A stretch of DNA of 64,000 bases from Clostridia bacterium. GTDB lineage: Bacteria; Bacillota; Clostridia; UBA1381; UMGS1253. Shown in pieces: positions 48,725 through 57,808 of the stretch. The position numbers and the translations under genes were made by a program. The stretch is from assembly GCA_045636325.1 (NCBI GenBank), contig JAZTXH010000016.1:12034-76033 (forward strand), given 5' to 3'. The number at the start of each line of letters is the position of its first letter. Positions within the stretch are counted from its first letter, which is position 1. A model generated the notes under the pieces. That model was not told where the DNA came from. It made no database searches and was given only the letters and a program-made list of their open reading frames with translations.

Positions 48725-49566
48725 CGCAAATGAATGAATACGGAACACTTTTTTTGTGTGCAACACCCATAGGAAACTTAGGGGATATTACATCCAGGTG
48801 CATAGAAACTTTGCGCGAAGTGGATTTAATTGCGGCAGAAGACACAAGACAGACATTAAAGCTTTTAAATCATTTTGAAATAGACACAAAAATGACAAGC
48901 TATTACGAGCATAATAAAATTGAAAAGGGTATTCTTTTAATAGAGATGCTTAAAGAGGGCAAAAACATTGCGGTTGTGTCTGATGCGGGCACGCCTGCGA
49001 TATCTGATCCGGGTGAAGATTTGGTAAAGCTTTGCATACAGCATGGAATTAAGGTAAGTCCTGTGCCTGGGGCAGTAGCAGGTATAAGTGCACTTATATC
49101 ATCAGGACTTCCAGCGGGTCGTTTTTGTTTTGAGGGTTTTCTTTCAATGAATAGAAGACAGAGAAAAATTCATTTAGAGGAAGTAAAAAATGAAAAACGC
49201 ACAATGATTTTTTATGAAGCGCCTCATAAATTAAAGTCTACACTAAAGGATTTTTATGAAACCTTTGGAAACAGACGAATTTGCATTGCTCGCGAAATAA
49301 CCAAAAAATTTGAGGATATAACTCTTACGGATTTGCAAAGTGCAAATGAAAAATATGAACAGACGATTCCGAAAGGAGAGTTTGTTTTGATTATTGAGGG
49401 TGCACAGGAAGTTAAGGAAAAAAACAGCTTTGAAAACCTTACATTAAGAGAACATGTGGATATGTATATGCGGCAGAATATGAGTGAGACCGATGCAATG
49501 AAAGCTGTTGCAAAAGACAGAGGTATAAGAAAAAGCGAGGTTTATGCCGAGCTTAAGAAAAAGTAA
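48721..49566 (+). CDS. rsmI: 16S rRNA (cytidine1402-2'-O)-methyltransferase
   Basis: 'GTLFLCATPIGNLGDIT' and 'AGTPAISDPG'. Confidence 0.92.
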   Translation: MTQMNEYGTLFLCATPIGNLGDITSRCIETLREVDLIAAEDTRQTLKLLNHFEIDTKMTSYYEHNKIEKGILLIEMLKEGKNIAVVSDAGTPAISDPGEDLVKLCIQHGIKVSPVPGAVAGISALISSGLPAGRFCFEGFLSMNRRQRKIHLEEVKNEKRTMIFYEAPHKLKSTLKDFYETFGNRRICIAREITKKFEDITLTDLQSANEKYEQTIPKGEFVLIIEGAQEVKEKNSFENLTLREHVDMYMRQNMSETDAMKAVAKDRGIRKSEVYAELKKK

Positions 49567-49580
49567 TCGGAGTAAATGGT

Positions 49581-50456
49581 ATGAAAAAGTCATTAACTTT
49601 AATTTTATCAATAATTGTTGTTTGCATATGGGCGGCAATGATGATTTTTGGTTATGGAGAAGAAGAAACAAATATTGTTTCAGACGTTACATCCGATATA
49701 TATGGAGAAATGCTTGTTCATTATATTGATGTGGGGCAGGGCGACAGTATATTTGTAAATTTGCCTAACGGGGAAAATATGCTTATTGATACGGGGGAGG
49801 CAGAATATGAAGAAAAGGTTGAAAGCTATATAAGAAACTGTGGAGCGGAAAGGGTTGATTATATGGTGCTTACTCATCCTCATTCTGACCATATTGGAGC
49901 ATCTGCTCATATTATAAGAAGCTTTGAAATAGGAAAGCTTTTTATGCCTGACAAGATAAGTACGTCATCTGCTTTTGAAAAATTGCTTGAGGCTATAGAG
50001 GAGAAAAGTTACTTGCCGATTGTGGCAGAAGCAGGGGTAAATATACTTTCCCAAAACGGACTTGATATACAGATTATATCGCCGTCGAGGGATGACTACG
50101 ACAGTGTTAATGATTATTCTGCGGTAGTAAAGCTTACATACAAAAAGAATTCGTTTTTATTTATGGGCGATGCAGAGCGCAAGGCAGAAAATGAAATTTT
50201 AGAAAATAATTATGATGTGAGTGCGGATGTGATAAAAATCGGGCATCACGGCTCGTCTACATCTTCTTCTAAAAAGTTTATCTGGGATGTCGCTCCGAAA
50301 TTGGCGGTTATAAGCCTTGGAGAAGATAATTTCTACGGTCATCCCCATAAAGAAGTAAAAAAGCTTTTAAAGGATTTAAAAATTCCTTATCTGCGTACAG
50401 ATGAAGAGGGAGATATAGTAATAAAGAGTGACGGTGAAAATATAACAGTAATGTAA
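49581..50456 (+). CDS. Membrane-anchored MBL-fold hydrolase (ComEC C-terminal-domain-like)
   Basis: 'YIDVGQGDS' and 'LTHPHSDHIG'. N-terminal TM segment. Confidence 0.8.
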   Translation: MKKSLTLILSIIVVCIWAAMMIFGYGEEETNIVSDVTSDIYGEMLVHYIDVGQGDSIFVNLPNGENMLIDTGEAEYEEKVESYIRNCGAERVDYMVLTHPHSDHIGASAHIIRSFEIGKLFMPDKISTSSAFEKLLEAIEEKSYLPIVAEAGVNILSQNGLDIQIISPSRDDYDSVNDYSAVVKLTYKKNSFLFMGDAERKAENEILENNYDVSADVIKIGHHGSSTSSSKKFIWDVAPKLAVISLGEDNFYGHPHKEVKKLLKDLKIPYLRTDEEGDIVIKSDGENITVM

Positions 50457-50460
50457 ATAA

Positions 50461-50494
50461 AAAATCCTGATACTTTAAAATATCAGGATTTTTT
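50461..50494. terminator. Bidirectional terminator
   Basis: AAAATCCTGATA / TATCAGGATTTT. Confidence 0.8.
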
Positions 50495-50495
50495 A

Positions 50496-51539
50496 TTAAT
50501 CCAAATCGTACATATATGCGCTCTTATCACGTAATACATGAAGGTTGTCAAGTGATGCACCGGTTCCCTTTGCAACACAGCAAAGCGGATCGTCTGCCAA
50601 ATGAACATCAATACCTGTTTTCTCCATCAAAAGTTTGTCAAGGCCGTTAATCATAGCACCGCCGCCGGTCATAACAATACCGCTTTCGGAAATATCGCCA
50701 ACAAGCTCGGGTGGTGTTCTCTCTAATACATAATGAACGGCGTCAACGATCTGAATTGCAACCTCGTCTAATGCGCCTCGGATTTCTTCGGATGAAACAA
50801 CCAAAGTTGTGGGAAGTCCGGTTACAAGTGAACGACCGCGTATCTCCATTGTTTTTTCTTCATCCATTTTATAAACACTGCCGATGGTCTTTTTTAGTTC
50901 TTCAGATGTTCTGTCACCAATAACAACACTGTAGGTTTTGCGGATATATTTAATGATTGCTTCGTCAAACTTGTCACCTGCAACCTTTATTGAATTGCTT
51001 ACAACTGTTCCCCCAAGTGAAATTACGGCAATATCAGAAGTGCCGCCGCCAATATCAACAAGCATACATCCGCATGCACGGCTTATATCAATTCCTGCAC
51101 CGATAGCAGCCGCAATAGGCTCTTCTATAAGGTATACATGCCTTCCGCCGGCCTGAGTAGCAGCATCGATTACAGCTCTTTCTTCAACCTCTGTAACACC
51201 ACTGGGAACACAAACCATAATTTTTGGTTTAAAAAGTCTGTTTTTAGTAACCTTACGAATAAAATATTTAAGCATCATTTCTGTTATGGAGTAATCAGAA
51301 ATAACACCCTCACGAAGCGGACGCACAGCAACTATATTACCGGGAGTTCTTCCAAGCATTTTCTGTGCTTCTTCACCAACGGCATAAAGCTTTCCTGTGT
51401 CTTTATCAATTGCAACAACGCTTGGCTCGCATAGAACAATGCCCTTATCCTTTACATGAACAAGAACAGAGGCTGTTCCAAGGTCTATTCCAATATCAGA
51501 GGTGCCAAAAAAGCTACTTATTTTATCAAAAAAATTCAT
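50496..51539 (-). CDS. mreB: Rod shape-determining actin homologue MreB/Mbl
   Basis: 'IGIDLGTASVLV' and 'DIGGGTSDIAV'. Confidence 0.93.
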   Translation of the reverse strand: MNFFDKISSFFGTSDIGIDLGTASVLVHVKDKGIVLCEPSVVAIDKDTGKLYAVGEEAQKMLGRTPGNIVAVRPLREGVISDYSITEMMLKYFIRKVTKNRLFKPKIMVCVPSGVTEVEERAVIDAATQAGGRHVYLIEEPIAAAIGAGIDISRACGCMLVDIGGGTSDIAVISLGGTVVSNSIKVAGDKFDEAIIKYIRKTYSVVIGDRTSEELKKTIGSVYKMDEEKTMEIRGRSLVTGLPTTLVVSSEEIRGALDEVAIQIVDAVHYVLERTPPELVGDISESGIVMTGGGAMINGLDKLLMEKTGIDVHLADDPLCCVAKGTGASLDNLHVLRDKSAYMYDLD

Positions 51540-51801
51540 ACATAAATTCCTCCCCAGAAAGTAATTAAAAAACCTCTAATTTAATTATATACCAAAATGC
51601 CTTTTTGTCAAGTAAAAATCAACATAATGGTTTAAAAAAGTCTGCCTTTTTATACATATTAAAAAAATATCAAAAAATTATTTACTTTTTGCAAAATACT
51701 TGGTAAAATATATATGTTAGAATGAAAAGGAATAGCGGTTAAACTATAAAATTAAAATATGTTTCTGTGCCGGGGAGTCGGCAAAGGAAAGGAGAATTTT
51801 T

Positions 51802-52671
51802 ATGAAAGTTCGTAAGGCGGTTATTCCCGCAGCGGGTTTGGGAACAAGATTTTTACCAGCCACAAAGGCTATGCCGAAGGAGATGCTTCCGATTGTTGAT
51901 ACGCCTACAATTCAGTATATTATTGAGGAGGCGGTTGCAAGCGGAATAGAAGATATTATTATAATAACAGGTCGAACAAAGCGTGCAGTTGAAGACCATT
52001 TTGATAAAGCATATGAGCTTGAAACAGAGCTTGAAAAACACGGAAAGAAAGAGCTTTTGAAAGTGGTTGACGATATTTCAAATATGGCAAACATTCATTA
52101 TGTACGCCAGAAAGAGGCAAAAGGCTTGGGCCATGCTATTTACTGCGCAAAAACATTTGTGGGTAATGAGCCGTTTGCGGTTTTGTTAGGTGATGATATT
52201 GTAAGCAATGATAAGCCATGTATTGGGCAGATGATTGAAAAATTCAATGAATACGGCTCAACTGTGCTTGGAGTGCAGACTGTTGATAAAAATGATGTTT
52301 CAAAATATGGTATTATTGCAGGTGAAAAAATAGGTGACAGATTGTATAAGGTAAGTGATATGGTTGAGAAGCCGGCAGTAGAGGTTGCACCATCAAATGT
52401 TGCTATTTTAGGAAGATATATAATAACACCTGAAATATTTAATTGTATAGAGCAGACCGCAGCGGGCACAGGCGGTGAAATTCAGCTTACGGATGCTTTA
52501 AAGCTTCTTGCAAGCAAAGAAGATGTTTATGCCTATGACTTTATCGGCAGAAGATATGATGTGGGTAACAGAATGGGCTTTTTGGAGGCTACGGTTGAAT
52601 ATGCATTAAAGCGTGACGCTTTGCGTGATGACTTTGTAAAATACCTGAAAAACATAGTTTCTGAATATTAA
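51802..52671 (+). CDS. galU: UTP--glucose-1-phosphate uridylyltransferase
   Basis: 'VIPAAGLGTRFLPATKAMPKEMLPI'. Confidence 0.93.
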   Translation: MKVRKAVIPAAGLGTRFLPATKAMPKEMLPIVDTPTIQYIIEEAVASGIEDIIIITGRTKRAVEDHFDKAYELETELEKHGKKELLKVVDDISNMANIHYVRQKEAKGLGHAIYCAKTFVGNEPFAVLLGDDIVSNDKPCIGQMIEKFNEYGSTVLGVQTVDKNDVSKYGIIAGEKIGDRLYKVSDMVEKPAVEVAPSNVAILGRYIITPEIFNCIEQTAAGTGGEIQLTDALKLLASKEDVYAYDFIGRRYDVGNRMGFLEATVEYALKRDALRDDFVKYLKNIVSEY

Positions 52672-52680
52672 TATGTCTGC

Positions 52681-52712
52681 GGCGACAGGAAAATGAAAAT
52701 TTCTGTCAGGCT
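52681..52712 (+). repeat. Miniature copy (E) of the CTGACAG/CTGTCAG hairpin family
   Basis: GGCGACAGGAAAATGAAAATTTCTGTCAGGCT, between galU and hslO. Confidence 0.5.
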
Positions 52713-52740
52713 TTATTAAAAGTTGAAAGGAAATGAAAAA

Positions 52741-53631
52741 ATGGCAGATACAATACTAAGAGGCGTAAGTGCAGACGGAGCAATAAGAATTTTTGTAGCT
52801 GAAACAACTGATATTGTTAACCGTGCAGTGAACATACATAAAACGTTTCCAACGCCTACAGCGGCGCTTGGTCGTCTGCTTACGGCAGCATCAATGATGG
52901 GATGGATGCTTAAAGGCGATAAGGACACAATAACACTCAGAGTAAAGGGCGATGGGCCTATAGAGGGTGTTATTGCAGTAGGTGATTCTAATGGTGATGT
53001 TAAGGGGTATGTGGTTAACCCTTCTGCAATAGTTGAGCATAAATATCCCGGTAAGCTTGATGTGGGTAAGGGAATAGGACAGGGAACATTAAGCGTAATT
53101 TGCGATTTGGGTCTTAAAGAGCCTTATGTTGCGCAGATGGAGCTTGTGTCAGGTGAAATTGCAGAGGATATTACGGCATATTATGCCACAAGTGAACAGG
53201 TGCCGTCAGCAGTTTCACTTGGAGTTTTGGTGGATACAGACGGGTCTGTTATAAAAGCGGGAGGCTTTATTTTGCAGCTTATGCCTGAAGCGACAGAGGA
53301 AACTGCTGTGCAGCTTGAAAAGAATCTTGCAAATGCAAAACCGATTACAACAATGCTTTCCGAAGGCATGACGTTAGAGGATATCGTTTTCAGCGTAACA
53401 GAAGGATTTTCAATGATTATCAGCAACAAGGAAGTGTGTAATCCTGAGTATAAATGTGACTGCACAAGAGAAAGAGTTGAAAGAGCGCTTATCAGCATGG
53501 GTAATAATGAAATGGAAACTTTGATTAAAGAAGAAGGAAAAGCAGAACTTACCTGCCAGTTCTGCGATAAGGTATATAATTTTAACAAGCGGGAGTTAGA
53601 AAAATTGCTAAAACACTGCGCTGAAAAATAA
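52741..53631 (+). CDS. hslO: Hsp33 family redox-regulated chaperone
   Basis: C-terminal zinc centre 'CDCTRE...CQFCDKVY'. Start placed at MADTIL. Confidence 0.9.
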   Translation: MADTILRGVSADGAIRIFVAETTDIVNRAVNIHKTFPTPTAALGRLLTAASMMGWMLKGDKDTITLRVKGDGPIEGVIAVGDSNGDVKGYVVNPSAIVEHKYPGKLDVGKGIGQGTLSVICDLGLKEPYVAQMELVSGEIAEDITAYYATSEQVPSAVSLGVLVDTDGSVIKAGGFILQLMPEATEETAVQLEKNLANAKPITTMLSEGMTLEDIVFSVTEGFSMIISNKEVCNPEYKCDCTRERVERALISMGNNEMETLIKEEGKAELTCQFCDKVYNFNKRELEKLLKHCAEK

Positions 53632-53748
53632 AAAGCAAGAAAAAACGAGAAAAATATAAAAAAAGTTTGATTTAATTGAAAATCGCGGTATATATTAAAA
53701 AAATGCTTAAAAACACATAAATATGCGCTGAAATGAAGAAAATATGTC

Positions 53749-53777
53749 TTGACAAAATAAATAAAATTTAGTATAAT
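53749..53777 (+). promoter_or_regulatory. Consensus sigma-A promoter of the tRNA cluster
   Basis: TTGACA, 17-nt spacer, TATAAT. Confidence 0.65.
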
Positions 53778-53807
53778 AGTCAATGTCGTTTGAGAGAATG
53801 ACAAAAT

Positions 53808-53883
53808 GGGAGTATAGCTCAGCTGGGAGAGCATCTGCCTTACAAGCAGAGGGTCACAGGTTCGAGCCCTGTTACTCCCACCA
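53808..53883 (+). tRNA. tRNA-Val (TAC)
   Basis: Hand-folded cloverleaf with anticodon loop CTTACAA. CCA encoded. Confidence 0.92.
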
Positions 53884-53886
53884 TTT

Positions 53887-53963
53887 GGCCCGGTAGTTCA
53901 GTTGGTTAGAACGCCAGCCTGTCACGCTGGAGGTCGTGGGTTCGAGCCCCATCCGGGTCGCCA
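53887..53963 (+). tRNA. tRNA-Asp (GTC)
   Basis: Anticodon stem CCAGC/GCTGG, loop CTGTCAC. CCA encoded. Confidence 0.92.
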
Positions 53964-54016
53964 AATCATTCTTTATGAGTAAGTAGTTGTTGAGTTTTTT
54001 TGAGCTCAGCAGGTAT

Positions 54017-54092
54017 GCCTCTGTAGCTCAGTCGGTAGAGCAAGGGACTGAAAATCCCTGTGTCGATGGTTCGATTCCGTCCGGAGGCACCA
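54017..54092 (+). tRNA. tRNA-Phe (GAA)
   Basis: Anticodon stem AGGGA/TCCCT, loop CTGAAAA. CCA encoded. Confidence 0.92.
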
Positions 54093-54098
54093 AACTAT

Positions 54099-54173
54099 GC
54101 GGGAGTGGCTCAGTGGTAGAGCGTCACCTTGCCAAGGTGAACGTCGCGAGTTCGAATCTCGTCTTCCGCTCCA
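54099..54173 (+). tRNA. tRNA-Gly (GCC)
   Basis: Anticodon stem TCACC/GGTGA, loop TTGCCAA. CCA encoded. Confidence 0.92.
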
Positions 54174-54183
54174 ATTTTTTGAT

Positions 54184-54213
54184 ACAAAAGGTGCATATTA
54201 TTGCACCTTTTGT
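54184..54213 (+). terminator. Hairpin between tRNA-Gly and tRNA-Cys
   Basis: ACAAAAGGTGCA / TGCACCTTTTGT. Confidence 0.5.
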
Positions 54214-54236
54214 ATTAGAATATAATAAGTGAATAA

Positions 54237-54310
54237 GGCGCCATCGCCAAGTGGTAAGGCACGGGTCTGCAACACCCTTATCCCCAGTTCAAATCTGGGT
54301 GGCGCCTCCA
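54237..54310 (+). tRNA. tRNA-Cys (GCA)
   Basis: Acceptor GGCGCCA/TGGCGCC, anticodon loop CTGCAAC. CCA encoded. Confidence 0.88.
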
Positions 54311-54316
54311 GAATTC

Positions 54317-54349
54317 GCGGTCAAAATAGATGCAATCTGTTTTGACCGC
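54317..54349 (+). terminator. Terminator of the tRNA cluster
   Basis: GCGGTCAAAA / TTTTGACCGC followed by ATTTTT. Confidence 0.7.
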
Positions 54350-54520
54350 ATTTTTACGCACTTTTCGGGCAATTTTCAAAAATCCCGTTTGAATAAAAGA
54401 CAGTAGATGCACCCACCGTTTCTACCAGTCTTGAACCAGAGACAACGGCATAAATCCTATAAAAATTTGACTTGACTACATAAAAGATGCAAGTTACAAC
54501 ATACAGGATACGAACCCTAA
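54337..54520 (+). repeat. Left bipartite direct repeat of the island
   Basis: CTGTTTTGACCGCATTTTTACGCACTTTTCGGG... and CTACATAAAAGATGCAAGTTACAACATACAGGATACGAACCCTAA, separated by about 90 nt that are absent from the right copy. Confidence 0.8.
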
Positions 54521-54612
54521 CACAAATTAATACAGATAAATGAAGGCGATAATTTCAGAAATGAAGTTATCGTCTTTTTTTATACCCAAAATTACAGGAA
54601 GGAGGAAACCTA

Positions 54613-55284
54613 ATGAATGTAGAAAGATTTTTGATTCAAGTAAAGAAAAACCTGCCGCAACATGAAGGTGTAATTACTTGGCTTGAAGATTCAGCATTAA
54701 AGGTTGGATATGGAGATTCAGGAAGTTTTGAAATCAGATATCCCGGAGGCATTTGTTATAATGCCGCAACTGAGAAGACCGATGAGTTTTACAAATTGGT
54801 CGAAGAAGCTGATAAAGCTTTCAAAACAGTTAAGGAATATATTGATTTGATGGACAAGGCTCCAGAACTCACAGCGAGAGACTTCAATATGCCATATAAG
54901 TTACTTGCAGAATTCAACGGAGTTGTACTTGGCGGAATTGAGCATCGGTCAAACAACACCTTTGAATTCACAACGTGGTCATACGCAGACAATTCTTTAT
55001 ATCACGGTCATTACTTTGACAATTACGAAAAAGCGAAGGAAGATTTCGCAGTAAGATCAGGATTGCTTCAATCAACAAAATTGTTTACGGACAAAGAGAT
55101 GATGCAGATATATCGTTGTACAGAAGATACATTAAACAACGGATATGAGTTGTCGAGTGAGCAGACTGAGGTATTAGAGCAGGTACAGGAGAAGATTAAG
55201 GAATCTATTCCGAACTTTGATGAAAAGCTTCGTGAAGAGATTGATCAGGAATGCGAAGAAGAAATGGAAATAAAAATGTATTAA
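54613..55284 (+). CDS. Hypothetical protein (acidic C-terminus)
   Basis: 223 aa with an AGGAAGGAGG RBS. From memory it resembles cargo proteins of Firmicutes conjugative elements; this is unverified. Confidence 0.6.
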   Translation: MNVERFLIQVKKNLPQHEGVITWLEDSALKVGYGDSGSFEIRYPGGICYNAATEKTDEFYKLVEEADKAFKTVKEYIDLMDKAPELTARDFNMPYKLLAEFNGVVLGGIEHRSNNTFEFTTWSYADNSLYHGHYFDNYEKAKEDFAVRSGLLQSTKLFTDKEMMQIYRCTEDTLNNGYELSSEQTEVLEQVQEKIKESIPNFDEKLREEIDQECEEEMEIKMY

Positions 55285-55299
55285 ATGGAGGTAAAACAA

Positions 55300-55719
55300 A
55301 TGCAAGAAGGAACAAGAGTATTAGCAGTTGCGTTGTCTAATGATGTATTTGATAAGTTAGATGACTATGTAAAAGAAATGCAGGTAACCAAGAAACAATA
55401 TGTTGCAGACCTTATAGAAAAGGATTTGGAACAGAAGCTTCAGCAGAAGCAGGAACCTGCAAAACAAATTGAGGTGAGACAGGCTCCCGATGGACAACAG
55501 GTTTGGGGCCGAGCAGAGGTCATAAATGCTTTGGATAGGTTTATGATTGAAAATGGCAGAATTCCTACACAGAAAGAATTCAAGAACGAAAACGGACTTC
55601 CGTCATACAATGCCGCAGGAAGAGCATTAGAAGTTTCTCCGGCAGAGTATTTGAAGGAGCGTTTCGATGAAGTTATGGCAGAGCAGCAGGAAGAAGCCGG
55701 GATGGGAATGAGTATGTAG
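55300..55719 (+). CDS. Hypothetical protein with a ribbon-helix-helix-like N-terminus and a C-terminal region resembling a homing-endonuclease-associated repeat
   Basis: Start at MQEGTRV behind GGAGG. 'ENGRIPTQKEFKNENGLPSYNAAGRAL'. Confidence 0.55.
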   Translation: MQEGTRVLAVALSNDVFDKLDDYVKEMQVTKKQYVADLIEKDLEQKLQQKQEPAKQIEVRQAPDGQQVWGRAEVINALDRFMIENGRIPTQKEFKNENGLPSYNAAGRALEVSPAEYLKERFDEVMAEQQEEAGMGMSM

Positions 55720-55781
55720 GCGGTATGTTCTATAAAAGAATGTACCGTCTTTTTTATTTTGAGAAATGGAGTGATTTGTAA

Positions 55782-56216
55782 ATGGTATCAAACGATTGTA
55801 AAGAAAAGTGCAGAGATTTTGGAATGCTCGTAGAGAACATAATCTGCATGGCAGATTGCTACGATGAGCCAATTGAAAAGTTCAGAAAGAGTATGTTCTA
55901 TAAACCGGAATTCGAGGACAGAGAAAAAATCATCCTTGATATGATTGATACAAGCAACAGAGTATCGGAAGAAATCAAACTTCTTTCTGTTGAAGACTTA
56001 AGAAAGCTTCAGGATGAATATGGAATTGAGTTAATCGGTTATACGGATATGCTTGCGACAGCGCTTCGAAAGGAGCCGTATTCCAATGACGATGTTAAAT
56101 ACAAGTGTGATGCGATAATGTCAATTGTGCTTGATATGCTGCATCGGGAATTAAGAGAGGATACAGTATATCAAAGGTTGGCAGAAGGAGTTGAACACGA
56201 AAATGTACAAGTTTAA
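55782..56216 (+). CDS. Hypothetical protein
   Basis: 144-aa ORF with no recognised motif. Confidence 0.5.
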   Translation: MVSNDCKEKCRDFGMLVENIICMADCYDEPIEKFRKSMFYKPEFEDREKIILDMIDTSNRVSEEIKLLSVEDLRKLQDEYGIELIGYTDMLATALRKEPYSNDDVKYKCDAIMSIVLDMLHRELREDTVYQRLAEGVEHENVQV

Positions 56217-56565
56217 CTTTTATCATACCAGGCCTGAAAACTTCTTTCGTAATGACAAGGCGGAGCAGACAAAAGGGCTTGTCGGATACCTAAGAGGTGA
56301 TTTCGGCAGAGATGGGAAAGAGTTTCATCATACTTGGTTTAACAACAACGAGAAGCTGAACAACGAAAGCTTCAAGGAAGATTTCGATAAGATAATGGAA
56401 ACCTTGCGTGAAAGACTTCTGACGGATAGGGATTGGATGAGAAGTGTTGCATACAATCATCCCGAAGCAAAGATCGTAAGTCAGAGTACATCATCATACG
56501 GAATGTTTGTTGAAACAGAAAGGTATGGTGCATTAAAGACAATTCACGGCAAAGCCAATTCATGA
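56203..56565 (+). CDS. Hypothetical protein, possibly a truncated N-terminal fragment of a larger mobile-element protein
   Basis: It overlaps the previous stop by 14 nt. Start at MYKFNF after AAGGAG. It ends abruptly, followed by 150 nt of noncoding sequence. Confidence 0.45.
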   Translation: MYKFNFYHTRPENFFRNDKAEQTKGLVGYLRGDFGRDGKEFHHTWFNNNEKLNNESFKEDFDKIMETLRERLLTDRDWMRSVAYNHPEAKIVSQSTSSYGMFVETERYGALKTIHGKANS

Positions 56566-56688
56566 CAACGGAGTTGTCAAATCATTAGCTTATTTTTATG
56601 GATTGAGAACTTTTTGTGGAATTTAATTTTAAATAAAAAGGTAGATAGCAAGCAGTTTGAAACCAAAATGAATTGCATATAAAGCAAT

Positions 56689-56719
56689 AGCACCTGATCA
56701 TATTATTAAATCAGGTGCT
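56689..56719. terminator. Hairpin terminator overlapping the XRE gene stop
   Basis: AGCACCTGAT / ATCAGGTGCT. Confidence 0.65.
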
Positions 56720-56918
56720 ATTCTTTTTCAAATTTAATAATATCTTCGACTTTACAATCAAGAACATAGCAAAGTGCATCAAGCGTTTTCGTGCTAATTG
56801 CTTCACCTTTTTTTATGCGATGAAGCGTGTTGGCAGAAAAACCCTGTTTGAAGATTAAATGGTATTCTGTTAACCCTTTTTTAAACAAAGTATTATAAAA
56901 TGGTTTATAACTTATCAT
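56718..56918 (-). CDS. XRE family helix-turn-helix transcriptional regulator
   Basis: 66 aa, 'GFSANTLHRIKKGEAISTKTLDALCYVLDCKVEDII'. Start placed at MISYKP behind GGTGA. Confidence 0.85.
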   Translation of the reverse strand: MISYKPFYNTLFKKGLTEYHLIFKQGFSANTLHRIKKGEAISTKTLDALCYVLDCKVEDIIKFEKE

Positions 56919-56954
56919 AAACATCACCAATTTAATTTTACCATACTCAAAGTA

Positions 56955-56983
56955 TTGACAATACTCAATAAATTGAGTATAAT
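56955..56983 (+). promoter_or_regulatory. Consensus promoter of the GGDEF gene, overlapped by a 20-bp palindromic operator
   Basis: TTGACA, 17-nt spacer, TATAAT. The spacer is the palindrome ATACTCAATAAATTGAGTAT (56961-56980). Related half-sites lie at 56943-56955 and 57000-57008. Confidence 0.6.
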
Positions 56984-57075
56984 TATAAAAGCGAGCAATG
57001 AGTATTGAAAGGACATAAGTTTAAACAATACACATATATCTACATAATGATAACACAAAATAAGTGGGGTATAAG

Positions 57076-57648
57076 ATGAAAACATTATTAGTATTGACAA
57101 CAATTATAACAGGAATACTTATAGTTATTATATTAAAACTTTTGTTAAAAATTCAGACTCTTACTAAAAAATTTAAATATGTTGATGAAGCAAATATGTG
57201 GCATAAACTTGCCATTACAGATGATTTAACAGGGACATATAATAGAAATGCTTATAATTTATATATAGATAGAAACAAAATAAATGTGAAACGAAAATTA
57301 AGAGGAATTATTCTTTTTGATGTGGATGATTTAAAAACAATTAATGATACTCAAGGCCATCTGGCGGGGGACGTTGTATTGAAGAAAGTTGCGAAAATTT
57401 TGACAGAAGTTTTTTCTTCTCCCGAATATAGCGTTTTCCGTATAGGCGGAGATGAATTTTCTGTTTTATCTGAAGGTGTTTGTGAAAAGATAATTATTGA
57501 GCATTTGATTGCTTTAAAAAAGCGTCTTAAGGATGATGGTGACATAAGTTTATCTAAAGGATATTCAATGATTAAAGACAATCCAGAAGAAGCGTTTAAG
57601 TATGCAGATGAAATGCTTTATGGGGATAAAAGATCTAAGAAATTATGA
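57076..57648 (+). CDS. Single-TM GGDEF-domain diguanylate cyclase (minimal, no sensor domain)
   Basis: One N-terminal TM helix, 'DDLTGTYNR', and an intact 'RIGGDEF' motif. Confidence 0.85.
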   Translation: MKTLLVLTTIITGILIVIILKLLLKIQTLTKKFKYVDEANMWHKLAITDDLTGTYNRNAYNLYIDRNKINVKRKLRGIILFDVDDLKTINDTQGHLAGDVVLKKVAKILTEVFSSPEYSVFRIGGDEFSVLSEGVCEKIIIEHLIALKKRLKDDGDISLSKGYSMIKDNPEEAFKYADEMLYGDKRSKKL

Positions 57649-57808
57649 AGCTTTATATTAGAGAGTATTTAAAATTTTAGAAAGGTATTTTGATGAAATA
57701 GAGTGGCATATTTACTTGTGACAAGGTATATTTATATTCGGCTTTGCCTAGTTATATTGTACTTCGCACAATTAAGTGCAAATATAATATCACTAAAATA
57801 TTCTGCAA

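Noticed and set aside
53181-53834. 217-aa minus-strand ORF overlapping hslO and running into tRNA-Val
   Set aside because: It lies antisense to a well-supported Hsp33 gene, has low-complexity Ser/Phe/Leu-rich composition and no RBS, and overlaps a tRNA. It is a typical shadow ORF.
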